From Tubulanus polymorphus (Eukaryota > Animalia > Nemertea): a DNA stretch of 64,000 nucleotides. Made by a program: the position numbers and the translations under genes. The notes below the pieces were generated by a model. That model saw nothing but the letters and a program-made list of their open reading frames with translations, made no database searches and was not told the DNA's origin. The stretch's first letter is position 1; each line of letters opens with the position of its first letter. Below are positions 1-13,991 of this stretch, in pieces. The DNA lies in the NCBI RefSeq assembly GCF_964204645.1, contig NC_134032.1, positions 6,932,275 through 6,996,274 on the forward strand, written 5' to 3'.

Positions 1-1656
1 TTTATGTTGCAAATCACGCGTTTGGGCCATTCTTCTCAATTTCTCCCAGGAAACCTATTAATTGTGTATGTGTGTGTGTGAATAAAAAAATGAATCTTTC
101 GAACTTTCGAATTTGAAAAACGCCAAACACGATTAACTTCATTTTATCAAAATTAAAATTTATTATCATAAAATCACACAAGTAGCTGTGACGAGGCAGT
201 CAAATATATATTGAATGCAAAGTCATTTTAAGAAGACACTTTCTAGAATCCACATATACGCGTTTATCAAAGGGACGTCCTCCGAGATTTCAGAATGTAT
301 TTATTTCGTGAAATTTCGACCAAGATTGGGTCGTTGAATAGTTTAACAATGAACCGCGTCGATCGAACGAGTTCAAAATAGCTGAAATTCCCTTAGCAAC
401 GGGAGCGAATTCATGATAAACAAACCACGCGCCGGGGCCCGGTTCAGCCATCGCAGGCTCGAATCCCGGAGAATTACGCTCTCGCGCGCGCGTGCGACAG
501 TCAACCCCAGCCGCAGCGCTGGAATATGTAATCATTTATCAAATCTAATGACCCTAAAACTGCGATGAGTCGCGATGCCGTACGATTTGCTTAAAATTTC
601 ACGGCAGCTCGGCGGCCGGCGGATGGATCGGCACGGTCTCGCTCCGAGGAGCAGCGACATCGCTGTCGGCAAAAACATTAGTCTCCGCCCCCTTCTTTCA
701 CCAAATAAGGAATTCGGTACCGCTGGCCACGTGCACTATTAATTTTGAGCCGTAGATTCCCGGTACTCGACATTCCCCGAGAATTAGAAACAAATAAATA
801 TTTTTCGCGAGAGAAATCAATTTTTGTATTTGACATTTCAATTTTACTGCTGATAATTTATTCGATTTTTTTTCTGGCAGAAAAAAATTATGCGATTGAT
901 GCGTTTCAACGTGTCATTCATTTTTTCTCGTCTTCCTTTACTTTTCAAATGGAGCTCATTTCTAAATTAACACCAGGTCAAATTCTTCAATATTGCAAAC
1001 CGTCTCAGTTTCACCATAATGTCGGTTTTTACATTTCGGGTTTTACAAAGTGGTTTAAACCATTAAAAAATTCCTGATACAATCTAAATCGAAATAGTAA
1101 TCTTTTTAGCAGTGGTAAACCGACCTGCCCCGGGTAGCGAAAGACCAGTTTATATTTAGTTAAGAAATGGGTCAAGTTTTTTTCATAGAAAATTGAATTT
1201 CATTTGATCTACAGATCAAATGAACAGGTTCGTCATAATTTTCCTAATCAAAATATACGCCAAAATTTTCAATATCCAGAAATTAATCGAACCTTAAAGT
1301 TGAAGTTTCATCTTCTTTCTCCCACCACTTATGGCATTAGTTTTCATTTTTCCAAGCTTAACAATAAGAATTGATTTAATTTCTTCAATAATTTAATGCT
1401 CGGGGCCCAAATCTACAGAACAATTTCAATATCGAAATAAAATTCATAGTCTTCAAGAGTTTCTTTCCAGTTTCATTGACAAAAATTAATTATATCGGTG
1501 TTCCTTTAGTCAGTGACACTATTTTGAGTGTTTTTGTTACACTCCATACGTGAACGAGGTTGTTTTCGAATCGTTATGATTTCTTAATCTTAGTATGAAA
1601 AATTAAATCAAGCTGCAGTGACGAAGCGTCCGTCACTTAGATTTCATCTATTACAT

Positions 1657-1658
<2 letters not shown>

Positions 1659-1710
<52 letters not shown>
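1659..1710. repeat. (TAA)n microsatellite next to a HINE/Helentron-like end
   Basis: Pure TAA run; adjacent inverted pair TAGGGTT...AACCCTA (~1724-1753) resembles the element end at 25801 in reverse orientation. Confidence 0.85.
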
Positions 1711-1987
1711 CAACAGAATTACAATAGGGTTTCTACAATACAGCAGGAACCCTAAATATCAGACTAGAGGGGAAACATTTACCTATGGAGCAGTTTTCAC
1801 TGTTGTTAATCAAAATCTACCAATTATTGCAAGATTAAACTTATTGAAATATATAAAATCGTCTTAATTGTCAAAATTACTAGGACAAAATCAAAATCTA
1901 TTAATTATTGTTATATAAAACTAGAAGAAACATTAACATACCTTCTTACTAGGACAAAATCGAAATCTTATCAATTACATTCTACGC

Positions 1988-2300
1988 CAGCAGGGATTCG
2001 AACCTGATGGCATTGAGATTGCCACGGCACGGAACCCTGCCACACTAGACTGAGTGGGCAGAGTGCGCAGTTTAGATGATGTCATTATTAGCCAATCAGA
2101 TATTCCGTTTTATTTTAGTGCAGGTTTTTTCTCCATTATAGTTCTTCCTTGAAATTTCCCTTAGCGATTATACAGCAAGCAATCTGATAAGTGCCGCAAG
2201 TTTTCGTGCGGCAAAGCTGTGTGTGTGTACCTGTGCATCCGGTCTACTATGGCAAGGGTTCGTGCCGTGGCTGAGTGTAACGATGCTATCAGGTCGAATA
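1988..2300. repeat. Dispersed ~310-bp element with two divergent tRNA-like (B-box) modules, copy 1
   Basis: Reverse-complement match to 24000-24310; GCAGGGATTCGAACCTGATGGCA at left end, degenerate second module at right end. Confidence 0.7.
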
Positions 2301-2780
2301 TTGTTATACATAACTAGTAGAAACAGTCACGTCACACATCAGGCAGTTTTTACACAGACACATTTTCATCTAACAATTATTGCTATATCTAAGTAGTAGA
2401 AACAGTATTAAAACAAATAAGAAAGTTTTTTTTACAAATACACATAATCTTATCAATTATTGCTAAATTGAGGTAGTAGAAACAGTAACATATGAGGCAG
2501 TTTTTCAAATACATATCTATTTACCAAAATCTGATCAATTATTGCTATATTGAGGTAGTAGAAATAGTAACATGAGGCAGTTTTTCAAATACACATCTAA
2601 TTACTAAAATCTTATCAATTATTGCTATATTGAGGTAGTAGAAATAGAAACATGAGGCAGTTTTTCAAATACACATCTAATTACTAAGATTTTATCAATT
2701 ATTGCTATATTGAGGTAGTAGACATAGTGACATATGAGGCAGTTTTTACTTAAAGTACACATTAGTTATCAAAATATCAC
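2300..2780. repeat. 80-bp minisatellite
   Basis: CAATTATTGCTATATTGAGGTAGTAGA recurs at 2536, 2616, 2696. Confidence 0.9.
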
Positions 2781-3929
2781 ATGATTGCAATATTGGGCTA
2801 TTGTTATAAAACTAAACAAATAGAAACCTTAACATACTTAACTATCAATTGTAAATAAATTGCTCCTTGGCAAAGTGGTTTACCTCGAATAGTATTAGTT
2901 AGTTTGTTGACGATAGTTAGTCATTCACTTTTAATACAGACTCGCGTAAATGGGATAAATTGTTGTCACTCCTAATTAAGTGGATTCTTCAGTAAATACA
3001 TTTATACATAGTTGAATACATGGCAGTACGTACAAGCAAAAATTCATAAAGACTATTTTTGGTACAAGTTGTATTCAGTGGAGATAGGATTTAAATATGG
3101 AATACAGCAGGCGAGAATTTAATCAATTAACAACAAAGACACATCATTTGAATAGGATTTAATCAAATTAAAATTCAATAATTGTTGTCAAATATTGTGT
3201 CTTGGTGTGTTAATTTAGGAAATAAATATATGAAGTCTCAAATTTTTGGTTGTGCTGATGGTTGTCAAGGATACCATTTAGTAAAATAAGAAAAACATCT
3301 AGATTTTGTATAGAAACTAAATTTATTTATTACATATTTGAAAATAATACTTATCAAATTACAATATGTGATAAAATAACTCTGTTAACATTTTAAAAAT
3401 GAATAAATGCTTATACGTAAATACAGTGAATTGGCATTATAACGAGATTTGTCATATAACATTATGATTCGTTTAAAATGGATGACATCATCAGACGCGG
3501 AATGCTTGTTGATTAAATTGATTTCAATGTTTGGATGTAATCATATTACAGTGTATAAAATTGAAGTCGTCAAGTGTATAGAAGCAAAGACTTTAAAAAT
3601 ATAAAAGTTAAATATCTTAATGACATGATTAATTTGCATCATAGAATTAAAAATATTATGCATGAAATACAAACAATTGATAAATTAGGGGTCCATGTCC
3701 ACTTGGGGAGCGGTTTTAATGCTCAACCATTCAATTAGTGTCTGGGTGTCATATTGGCAGTGAATTACCATTATAAACTGATTGGTATATAACAATGCTT
3801 TGTTTAACATGGTTGATTAATACATGTTCACCAAAGTAATTTGTCAGAAGTTAATGTTTTTCTACAACTGCTCTTAGATGAATTATAAAGTAATTAATCA
3901 AAAAAAGTTGAATTATCAAACTTCAATGA

Positions 3930-4935
3930 AATTAAGATAAAATATTAGAAATGATTTAATAACACCAGTTGGACATAGATATTTTAATCTCGCAGGCTAG
4001 CGTCGGGATCAGTGTCCTCGTATTTGCATAAAATTAAGATATAATAACAGAAATGACATAGATATTAACAACGCAGACTAGCCTCGGAATTATTGTCCTC
4101 GTATTTGCATAAAATTAAGATATAATAACAGAAATGACATAGATATTAACAATGCAGGCTAGCGTCGGAATTATTGTCCTCGTATTTACATAAAATTAAG
4201 ATATAATAGCTGAAATGACATAGCTATTAATAACGCAGGCTAGCGTCGGAATTATTGTCCTCGTATTTGTATAAAAATTTAGATATAATAACTGAAATGA
4301 CATAGATATTAACAACGCAGGCTAGCGTTGGAATTATTGTCCTCGTATTTGCAAAAAATTAAGATATAATAGCTGAAATGACATAGATATTAATAACGCA
4401 GGCTAGCGTCGCAATTATTGTCCTCGTATTTGCATAAAATTAAGATATAATAACTGAAAAGCATAAAATTAAGATATAATAACAGAAATGACATAGAATA
4501 AAGAAATGACATAAAATTAAGATATAATAACAGAAATGACATAGATATTAATAACGCAGGCTAGCGTCGGAATTATTGTCCTCGTATTTGCATAAAATTA
4601 AGATATAATAACTGAAATGACATAGATATTAATAACGCAGGCTAGCGTCGGAATTATTGTCCTCGTATTTGCATAAAATTAAGATATAATAACTGAAATG
4701 ACATAGATATTAACAATGCAGGCTAGCGTCGGAATTATTGTCCTGGTATTTGCATAACATTCAGATATAATAACTGAAATAATTTGATAACACCTGTTGG
4801 ACATAGATATTTTAATCCTGCAGGCTAACATTGGACTCATCGTTGCGTACTGTTTGAAATTACGTCATAGTAACAGAAATGATTTGATAACACTAGTTGG
4901 ACATAGATATTCGAATCCAGCAGGCAGGCGTCAGA
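3930..4935. repeat. ~81-82-bp minisatellite
   Basis: Unit AATTAAGATATAAT...GCAGGCTAGCGTCGGAATTATTGTCCTCGTATTTGCATAA repeated about 10 times. Confidence 0.9.
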
Positions 4936-5734
4936 ATCTTCATCCTCATCCAGTAGACGGGCGTCAGGATCTTCATAAACATCGTTTTGAGTTGTGAGAT
5001 CTGGTTTGTTACTCCCTGCCAAATTAAGATATTTATTAGACCATTATTCACGTTGCCATGATAAATATGTTACCAGAAAGTTTTTGGGCATTAAGTGGTG
5101 GGGCATTATATGAGGGGATTTCATAGTAATTTGATTTAAAGTTATTTTGTTATCATGGAAGAAATTGCAGTGATTGGATTTTATGAAAATTTTATAACAA
5201 TGAGTATCAAAACATACTGAAAGTTTGTTACTAACTAATAATGAAGTGAATAAGTATATGTACACACAGGTTATTTTTGATGAACGGATTACATGCATTT
5301 GGTTTTAGACCTTGTACATATAGTTTAAATTGTTCAGAAGTTTGAGTTTATACTAAATTTTTGATTTAGCCAGCTATTAAATAATGATGTGTAATTTTTA
5401 AGGAGGAAATATAATTTACCAGAGGTGGAGGCTTTAGGCTGTTTTTGAAGCTCATTTCCTGCCAGACCTATGATGGAGTCACCTGTAAATATACATACAG
5501 TTATTTCATATTATATCCTACACATTTTGAAATCGATATTTAGTACAATAAATTAGAAGGTTCTGTCTATAGAGGTAATGGGGTTAGCAAATTTTAACTG
5601 TTACAGACAAATAGTTGGTTATATTTTGGTGAGCTTGCACACCTTGAACAGTACAAATAGGAAATTTATTTTAGCATATTAGGCAAAGTTTAATATATGT
5701 CAGGTATTGTTTTTATGAAAATCATTTAGAATAC

Positions 5735-7026
5735 CTAAAATCTTAGTTGAATTTGTCCAATTTCAGTTATGCATTCAATAACATCTCGTTCCATGTCTTG
5801 ATTTCCATTGAAATGGATTATTTGAAGAAGTAGGTTCTTTTCTACGGAATAAGTGGTAACTTCATCGTCTGTTGAAATTGATGATACATAGTAGAGTAGA
5901 AGAGTTGCTGATTCAATGCCTAGGAAGGTAACATTAGCGATTGTCACTTCAGGAGTTTTTAACTGAAAATAACATATGCAAATAACATGAAAATAAGATT
6001 TAGGTAGTGTCCCATTATATGGATAGAGTTTTTTAGGTCTTTTTAAAGGTTTTTCTGTGCATAAGTAGGGGCGTTATGAGAAATTTATTTTTGAAAATTA
6101 TCTTTTTGAATAGCTATCTTACTGTGATTTCTGTTTTGTAAGTTGATCTGAGTTGTTTGATATTATCTTTGGTTGTAGCAGTTCGCAGGTGTGTGATGGT
6201 AGTTCTGTCACCTAGTTTTATTGGAGATGAAGATTTGTCTGCCCACAAAACAACGTCAATATTGGCAGTTTTGTCTTCTACAACCATGTTTCTGAGTTTA
6301 ATGTTAGCACCAGTGGCTGTAATTTTAACATCCCTAGGTTCTTCGTCCTGGAAATACGGTAAAACAGAAATATTTGTAATTATTACAAGAAATATCTGCA
6401 ATAATATAGTGAATATGCCTGAAATCAGTATTTTTACAGTTGATAGCGATTAGTTTATATCTTGTCATGTGACTGAAACCCGGACTTGGAAATATTTTTA
6501 GGACATGAATGCTTTGTGGCATAATTACCACAAAGAAAGCTAAGATATTTATAGTTTATTTTCACATATGAATGCAGTATGGTAGCTATTCATAAATTAC
6601 AGAGGCACTGAGCACCATAAGTTAATTTCTTATGTACATAATGGTCTAATGTTTGTATACAAGTTTGAAAAGTGATTCTGGAGGTTATAAATTTACCTTT
6701 ACGATTCTTCCAGTTATACTGGAAAAAATGTCAGTATCATTGAACCTGATTTCGGCAATATCACGTGCCACTGGAGCTATTTCTATTGTTAAAGCTCTGG
6801 CTTCTTCAACTACGTTTTGTAGAACATTGATCATTTTTGTTTTGGTAATAACACACTTTTTTGATAGTAGCATATGTTTCTTTCCCATTTCGAAATTCCT
6901 TAGAAGCGCCAAGTCGCCTTCTTTTAATTTTTCTATAATGCAGTCTTCATAACTTGCACGTTCTTTCTTCATCGCAGATTGCATATTCATATTTGCTTGT
7001 ACGCTGGTTAAGTTGTTTAGCAGCAA
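5735..7026 (-). pseudogene. Spliced OB-fold (RPA-like ssDNA-binding) accessory gene of a Helitron/Helentron
   Basis: Three minus-strand ORF pieces (6685-7026, 6114-6401, 5735-5947); VEDKTANIDVVLWAD and KEGDLALLRNFEM are OB-fold-like; plausible CAG acceptor (~6348) and GTAAG donor (~6121); lies directly downstream of the Helentron endonuclease. Confidence 0.55.
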
Positions 7027-7224
7027 TCAGGACTTTCACAGGTTTGGTATAAAATTTGCTGTTGTTGAGCACTATGTGTCTTAGAGAAAGCATCTGTAAA
7101 AGAAAAAGAAGTAATTGGTCATAAGCATTTCAGATGATGTTTAGTGTTTTTTTATCATTTGCAGACAGGAAATCAATAATGCAGTGGTACAGATGTAGCC
7201 TATTCGAGTATAGTTTTACTGTAT

Positions 7225-7838
7225 TCAAAATAAAGAACAGTAAATCATACTGTGGTCTGACCAGTAGGTGTCAATAATTCCTACTTCAATGTTGGACACC
7301 GACACATTAGTGAAGATGAGGTCAAGTTTGCTTCCATGTTTAGTTGTTGGATGTTTTACAAGTTGGTGGCAATTAAACTTGTTTACAATGAACCCAGCTA
7401 ATATCTCATTGTAGTCAGTTGAATGAACGATGGATTTCATATTGAAATCTCCCATAATTACTAATGGGCTATGCAAGTCTAGGTGATTTGACAATGCATT
7501 CATAGAGCAGAATAGGGTTTCTAATGAACATTGTGGTGTATATTGCTTTTGTAGTATGCAATTAGGCCATGTGGTGGTCTAAATGCAGTAGTAAGATGTT
7601 GGGGCATGTCATTGCGAATGATTTTGTAGCCTGGCATGTCATGTTCAGTTTCTTGGTCAGAACAAATAAGTCTTGACTCAGAAAATCCACTTATGTCAGC
7701 AGCCTTGACGTTTGGGTTGTCTTTGATATCAAGATAATGTAATGAGTATGACCTAGCATTGCGATATATGATTTTTAATGCAAAAGGCAAAGTTGAATAC
7801 AGTGGTGTGTAACACAGCTGTAATTGTCTGTTTTGCAT
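7225..7838 (-). pseudogene. Apurinic-like (EEP) endonuclease domain, 3' end of a Helentron Rep-Hel-EN ORF; frameshifted and 5'-truncated
   Basis: Motifs NARS, FSESRL, IIRND, VIMGDFN, TTKHGSKLDLIFTN, YWSDHS; preceded by LQLCYTPLY linker; split at ~7510. Confidence 0.8.
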
Positions 7839-10079
7839 AAGCGGAAATTGAGAATGAGAAATTGAGCCCTAAAAAATATCATTATACCTCAACACATAGA
7901 CATATCAAACTCAATAAATGACGACAAAAAGTTGATGAAAAATGAGTGATGTCGGTTAAATGGTTCATCTGAGAGATTGTACGGAAAAACGATTTGAGCC
8001 ATAACGGCTATGTTATTTCAGCGACGTACTCACCACGGCCACGTATTTAGTGAAAATGTTCAGTACGCTTAATTTGATTTTCAATTCCCACAAATCAGTT
8101 ACTAGAGACAAAAATTGACTAATTAGGCCTAGACTCGTACATACAATGGGTAGAGACAGACACTTTCTCTCTCTTAACAAAGGCAGACAGTACGTTTCAT
8201 AATGTTCATGACGGCACCGCCATGATCGATGATCGCACGTGTCTATTACAAACCACGGCGTAGAATTCGCGAAATGAAAACTACACTTTGCATACCCTTA
8301 ATTACTTAGAATGACAAGCACGTGATTTTCGAAAGCTGTCATGGCCACAAGTAATGTAATTTCAACAGTTTATAGAAAGAAAGCTTGACTTACCGAGAGC
8401 GATGTAAACGACGTAGTTGATTGTGAAATACATGCGCATGAATCTGGCTTTATTGAATCCTTTTGTTTGGCCGATAAACCGCTTTCGAAAAATGATGACT
8501 TTTTCTTGATAATTCTATACGCCACCACAAAAAATGAACCAAGCTTTGATGTAACATATCAACAACTAGGCCAACATAATTCATTTTATAACGAACTATT
8601 TAATTGCGTCAGCTGAGTAAACTGCGTACGTGTGTCGGTCTAATGCCTTGCAGCAAAAACAGCCAATCATTCGCTCGTAGAGACGACGCCCCCCAATCGA
8701 GGTCATTGCAATTTTACACGCGAGAGCTAAGAATTTTCTCGCCAGAAACAGTTTATCGTAGAATTTTAACAAAGTTGACCATGTGCATCGACGGAGGTTC
8801 GTCATGTCTTCAAGCGCATCGATTATACGTCGTTTAATCCGAGAACCAATGAAACAAATGCTCACATAAAAAAACGTACCGCGATTTTACATGAAATTGG
8901 CTCAATGCCAACTTCATATCGCTGACAAAGGTAAACCAAAAATCCCTGGAAAGGCACATTTAGTGAAAAAGAAGAGTTTTGAAAAAGGATGTGGTTGAGG
9001 AAACTTCATCCTCGCTTGCCAGGGGTCCGGTATCGCTCCTTGAACTCGCTTCCACCAGCCCTGACCTGAAGACGCGTAATTTTATTACTGGCGCTGTTCC
9101 GCATTACATCATTTATCGATTTGCGGTAAATCGCTGATTGGTCCATTTAACGTGAATTCCAACAGAAGCCTTATGTCATTTGCTACAAGCCCTGTGATTG
9201 GTACGACCGGATTCTGGTCAGCTAGTAACGACTCTAACGACTTATGAGGTCAAGGGGTTTGGGAACAACTTCAGCTAATGGGTCCGAATCCCTTGATGGA
9301 TGAAGTTGAGGAAACTTATATCAACTGATTATCAAACATATTGAGCACATGTACTAACCACATATTGCTGGGAAAAAGGTTCAGCCTGCCGAAAATAGTT
9401 GTTTCCCAAATGTCCTCGTCCAGTTGAATTTCAGGGAAACAGCGTGCGTCTTGAAGTTTTCAAATATCCGGCACACTGTAAAACACCAAAAGCATTTACC
9501 TAAAATGATTCTAAATTGTACATGAATCATAAAATTATTGTGATAATTAAGAATTATTCTGATTGGAATAGTTTGTTTCTAACATTAAATTGGTAGTAGA
9601 ATCTACATGTCACTAGCATAACTGGATAGCATAGCTATTTTAAAAGAACAACGTTTCACTACATGTAATGTTATTATTGTTTCATGGAACAACTAATATC
9701 ACTCGTTTCAGTTTCCCCAAAATATGTAAGTAAAGGATGAAGGTGAGTGTATAATAATATTCTCTCATCTACCGAACACTTTTGGTTAGCATGTACATTT
9801 AAATTTATGTATAAACACATCAATTTCTATATGCTTTAACTTACCTTCTAGAATCTTTCCAGAAAACTGAGTGTCATTACTGGTGGCCAAGGTGGTGGCG
9901 ATATTGGGGTTGACGGTCGAAGTGAAGTTGATGTGCTAGGCCTAGGTGCTGGACTTGTCAAACGTCTTGAGGATTGCACTGGTGACCTAAAATGCGGTGG
10001 TGAAGGAGGCAACGCTAATGTTCTATTTTGCTTTTTCCTAATTTCAGCAATAAAGACCGTTCAATTTGATTTCCAACAC

Positions 10080-10400
10080 ATGTTATTAATGCATTTTGGG
10101 TAGCTTTTGAATGGTAGGTTCCATTTTTACCACAAGAATTGAAGTGTTCTTGCAGAACCTTATCCCCACTTTCACATCAGAATTTTAGCAGTGCCTGGAA
10201 ATTACCAGAGTTTTTACTTTCAATATGCCTTGCATCATCCCAGTTTCCACGAAGGGGTTTGTCCGCCACAGAGGATAACTGTGTCCAGAATTGACAGAAG
10301 TTTTTGGGGATTTTCTTTCGGTGACTATCCATTGCAACAGCAATTGAATCCTGTCATACTCTCATTATCATACTCTTCTCTGCTTCATTCTTTGGTGTGA
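10080..10400 (-). pseudogene. hAT transposase fragment (DUF4371 / ZMYM1-THAP12-like)
   Basis: Manual translation gives KLLSILDTVILCGGQ and GNFQALLKF*CESGDKVLQEHFNSCGKNGTYHSKATQNALI, with stops and frameshifts. Confidence 0.7.
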
Positions 10401-11203
10401 CTGTTCTCTCTACTACATAAGCGATATCGATTTGCTGCAGGGAATCGAAAAATGAAAATTAATTGAAATCAATGAAATTGATATTTTATGTTTTGATCAT
10501 TTTATAATTGCTCAGATATTAGTAATGGATATAGGGAAGGCCTGACACCAGAATCTAGATCAGAAGATATTACTCAATACAAAAATTTTCTAATGCTTAT
10601 AGATACAAAAACTGGGTTTTTCTTACCTGTTATATTGTTGAAATTCATATCTGCGTCTACTGACACCTCGGATTCATTCGCATTGAAGTCTAACACTGCA
10701 GACTCATTCTTATCTGATTGTGACACTTCTGACTCAGTCCTATCGGAGTATGATTCTTCAGTCTCTGTTCCGTTTATGGAGTCAAGGGTCTCCTCATTGC
10801 TTACGTTGCCACCGCTGATGTCTACGTAACCCTTTGTTGCATGAAGCACTTTTAGTACTCATATTGGCTTGCCTTTGCATGAGTGGGGTTGTTAGGAGTC
10901 CTTTAGGCAATATATCACAATTTTCTTTTCCAAATTTGCCAAAATCAACTCTGTGGCCCATGGTTACTCTAGTAACCATCATGCATCAGTAACGTTTGGC
11001 AATTTGAGTAACCAAAATAGGACACATGCATTCACAACAATTGTTCTCCTTTTTTTCAGTTAGAATAGCTCCATAAAAGATATAAAGGAAATAAAACTAA
11101 CTTTTTTCTAAATGAACTCAACAAATTCTTTTATTTCTTATTAGAAAATTTCATTCTGATGCTCACAAATTTACTCTCCATAACAGTGGTCCCTTGAACA
11201 TTT

Positions 11204-12743
11204 TTATTTCACATGAAAATGATAGAAAAAGTTAGTCAGTTTGTCAATGCATAAATAGATTCTACATTTCATGCACAGATACTTTGTACGTCTGTGGCAA
11301 CCAGGAAATTTGCACCATTTTGGGATTGAAGCTTCCTGATTGGGAAGGTGCATTCCGTGAAAGCGTACATAATCGGGGATATCAATAGCCCTAACAGAAG
11401 CGGTTTTCTGCAGGATTAGCAGGACCTTGATTTCCATTCTCCTCATTCAAATTACATGTACCTTCATCAGAAGTCATCAGGCAATTAGCTACATCTATTT
11501 TGAAGTACGCCAACTGCTTTACTTTTGGGACTTTAGCTCGAAGCAATGTCCAGGCATTACAAATACAGAGATCTATTAGATGGAATATAATCCTCTTATA
11601 CCACTTTCTTGTTTTGAGTTTCGTCCTATACAATGACATGAGCATATCACATCGATCAACCCCACCCATACATTTGTTGTAAGCTTATAATATATTAGGA
11701 CAGGGTATTTCAATATACTTCTTGTTCTTCTTATCTCATCTCTTAGAAACTTTCATCGGCTCTACAGATTGTTTGTTTGAGCCAACTGTTACCACTTTAT
11801 TATCAAACCATTTGCAAATTATAACTCCATCACTGCTTTTATAATCTACAGAGCCACGACCTAATTTTCGTAATTCTTTCTCAGATTTCAAAGGGCATTT
11901 CCCATCTCTACCTTTTCTGAGAGTACATGTACCATATGCGTTATGCGAACTCAACTCTAAAAGTAATTGCGGGGACGCAAAGTAGTTGTCAAAATAGAAA
12001 TAGGTTTCTGCTGGTAACCCTTTCACCGGATACAATACCACAGCTCCGCTTTTACCTACACCAGGTTGTGTCTCTAATTCAGGTACCTGATTATCCCCAT
12101 AAAAGTAGAACTTATGTATGAAACCGGATTGCCCGGCCAGGGCCCAGACTTTGTAACCCCATTGATTTGGTTTGTTTTTGTTGTATGTCTTCAATGAGCT
12201 TTGGACCTTGAAGGGTACAACCTGCTCATCTATCGAATAATGTGCCTCAAATCTTGCATATCTAGCAAATGATTTTGAACAAATGTCAAGTAATGGCTGC
12301 ACTTCGTAAAGCCTATCGTAACCTCGCTCACCTTTTTGCTTCTGCAGCTCGTTGTCGCTGACATGTAAAAGATACATAATCCGGTCAAACCGGTTTACGG
12401 ACATTGAATTTGAAACTACGGGTTGTTTGGTGTTTTTGGACCAATACATCCTCCTACGGGGGAGGTGAACCACGGACATATATAAAACTATTCCAAAAAA
12501 TCTTTTCATTTCTATTGGTGTAATACTTTTGATTTTCTGTTTGTCTAACTGAAACTTCAGACGGTTTGCCTCCTGAGCCAACAGTTCAAATGTTTTATTA
12601 CTGCCGACCATCAAAAAGAACATTTCAATGGCCATAACTGTAGTTGCTGCTTCATTTCTCGGTTCTAATTTGTTCTCAGTTGACACGTGTACACTCAAGT
12701 CAGCGTGCACGCATTTCCATTCTTTTCTACCATTGAAATCCAT
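11204..12743 (-). pseudogene. piggyBac (PGBD-like) transposase, frameshifted
   Basis: Catalytic motifs SIDEQVVPF, YFDNYF, MGGVDRCD; KNKPNQWGYKVW; C-terminal Cys-rich domain CKFPGC..C..C...LC...FH; split into three ORFs. Confidence 0.92.
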
Positions 12744-13064
12744 AAAAAAGACATTTAGTATTAGGTCAACCCCTTCAGTCTATGGGAGAAGCATCTACAT
12801 AAGTTTCCAATACTTTTGCCAGCAACAGTAATTCAAGGAGCCACTCAAATCCTGAAACCTGTAATATCTTACCTTTTTTTCGGAGTTTGTCTTTGCTTTT
12901 TCTTTGCTTTCCTTTCATAATTATCAGTTTACCCTAGAAACAGTGATTCATATACCAGAATTATCCTTCAAAATTGCCGAATTGACTGATTAGAATGTGT
13001 CGAATCTTTGAATTGGGAGCCCAAGCTATCATGACAAGTCCCTGTAGGTCTATTGCGTTTACTT

Positions 13065-13991
13065 TTAATCTGTTGGGGTACTTACCTTTAATTGGAAGAT
13101 TTCACCATTTCTTCCGTCGATAGTGTCAATGCCAATGTTGAGCCGATTTAATTCGGCCACAAGAGGTTCAAGAAAACCATTGATTGATCGTTTTTTTTTG
13201 ATGGTATGATGCCGAATACGTAAGTATTTTCGTATAATCTGCTTTCCGATAGTCTGAAGTTTGAAAAATATTGAGAAATGAATTACACAACTTGAACAAG
13301 AATAGTTCATTACTAGATCTATGAAACTTTGCAACTCCTAACTTAATCCACTTAATCCACCTAACTTAATTACAAGAAATCTCACATATTAGCATTAAGT
13401 AATGACATTACCTCCTCAATTAGGCTTCACTCCCTATTGACCTTTCGCCATCATTTTGTCATGCATACTGCGTCCCTCTTTCTCCCATATTGAAATATCT
13501 GAACTGCCCTGCATTTCAATTTACGTAGCTAGAGTAGAAACATAGCAAATTCAATAGGCTTTTCTATAGCTGTACACAATAAAATCCCATAAAAAACATC
13601 GACACTCGACACATTAGTTACATACAACCAATTACAAAATTGTCTCTGTCTGGTGAAATTCAAATTCCAATCAAGTGTAATCATTCTCTATCAAAAATAA
13701 AGGGTGCTGGGATGGAAGGTTAAATATTGAAATTTTCTCAATTTCTCATTTTAAGCATACCTCTTAGATATGGGATCAAAGGCATCCATGGAAAATCAGC
13801 GGATTCAATCCGCATTTTTGACAATTTTGTCTGTCTCTATTGTCATTCCGATACATTGTGCATCCTTTTACACAAACTTTCTCCCTGCGAAATCTACCAA
13901 ATATTTGCCTCTCTATGGTTTCAAGCAGTTTCACCGCGTAATGTTTGGTTGCAGTAAGATGTGATGAATAAAAATACAGTAATTTATTCAT
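13065..13991 (-). pseudogene. CACTA/EnSpm transposase fragments
   Basis: CVKGCTMYR...CQKCG (13776-13991) and NGFLEPLVAELNRL (13065-13334) resemble Transposase_21-family segments. Confidence 0.5.

Noticed and set aside
290-1077. GC-rich patch with short ORFs
   Set aside because: No recognisable domain, splice structure or RNA motif
10828-13723. piggyBac boundaries (GTAA-CCCTTT at ~10826 and GGAAGG-TTAA at ~13720)
   Set aside because: The two candidate ends are not reverse complements beyond a few bases; the element limits cannot be supported
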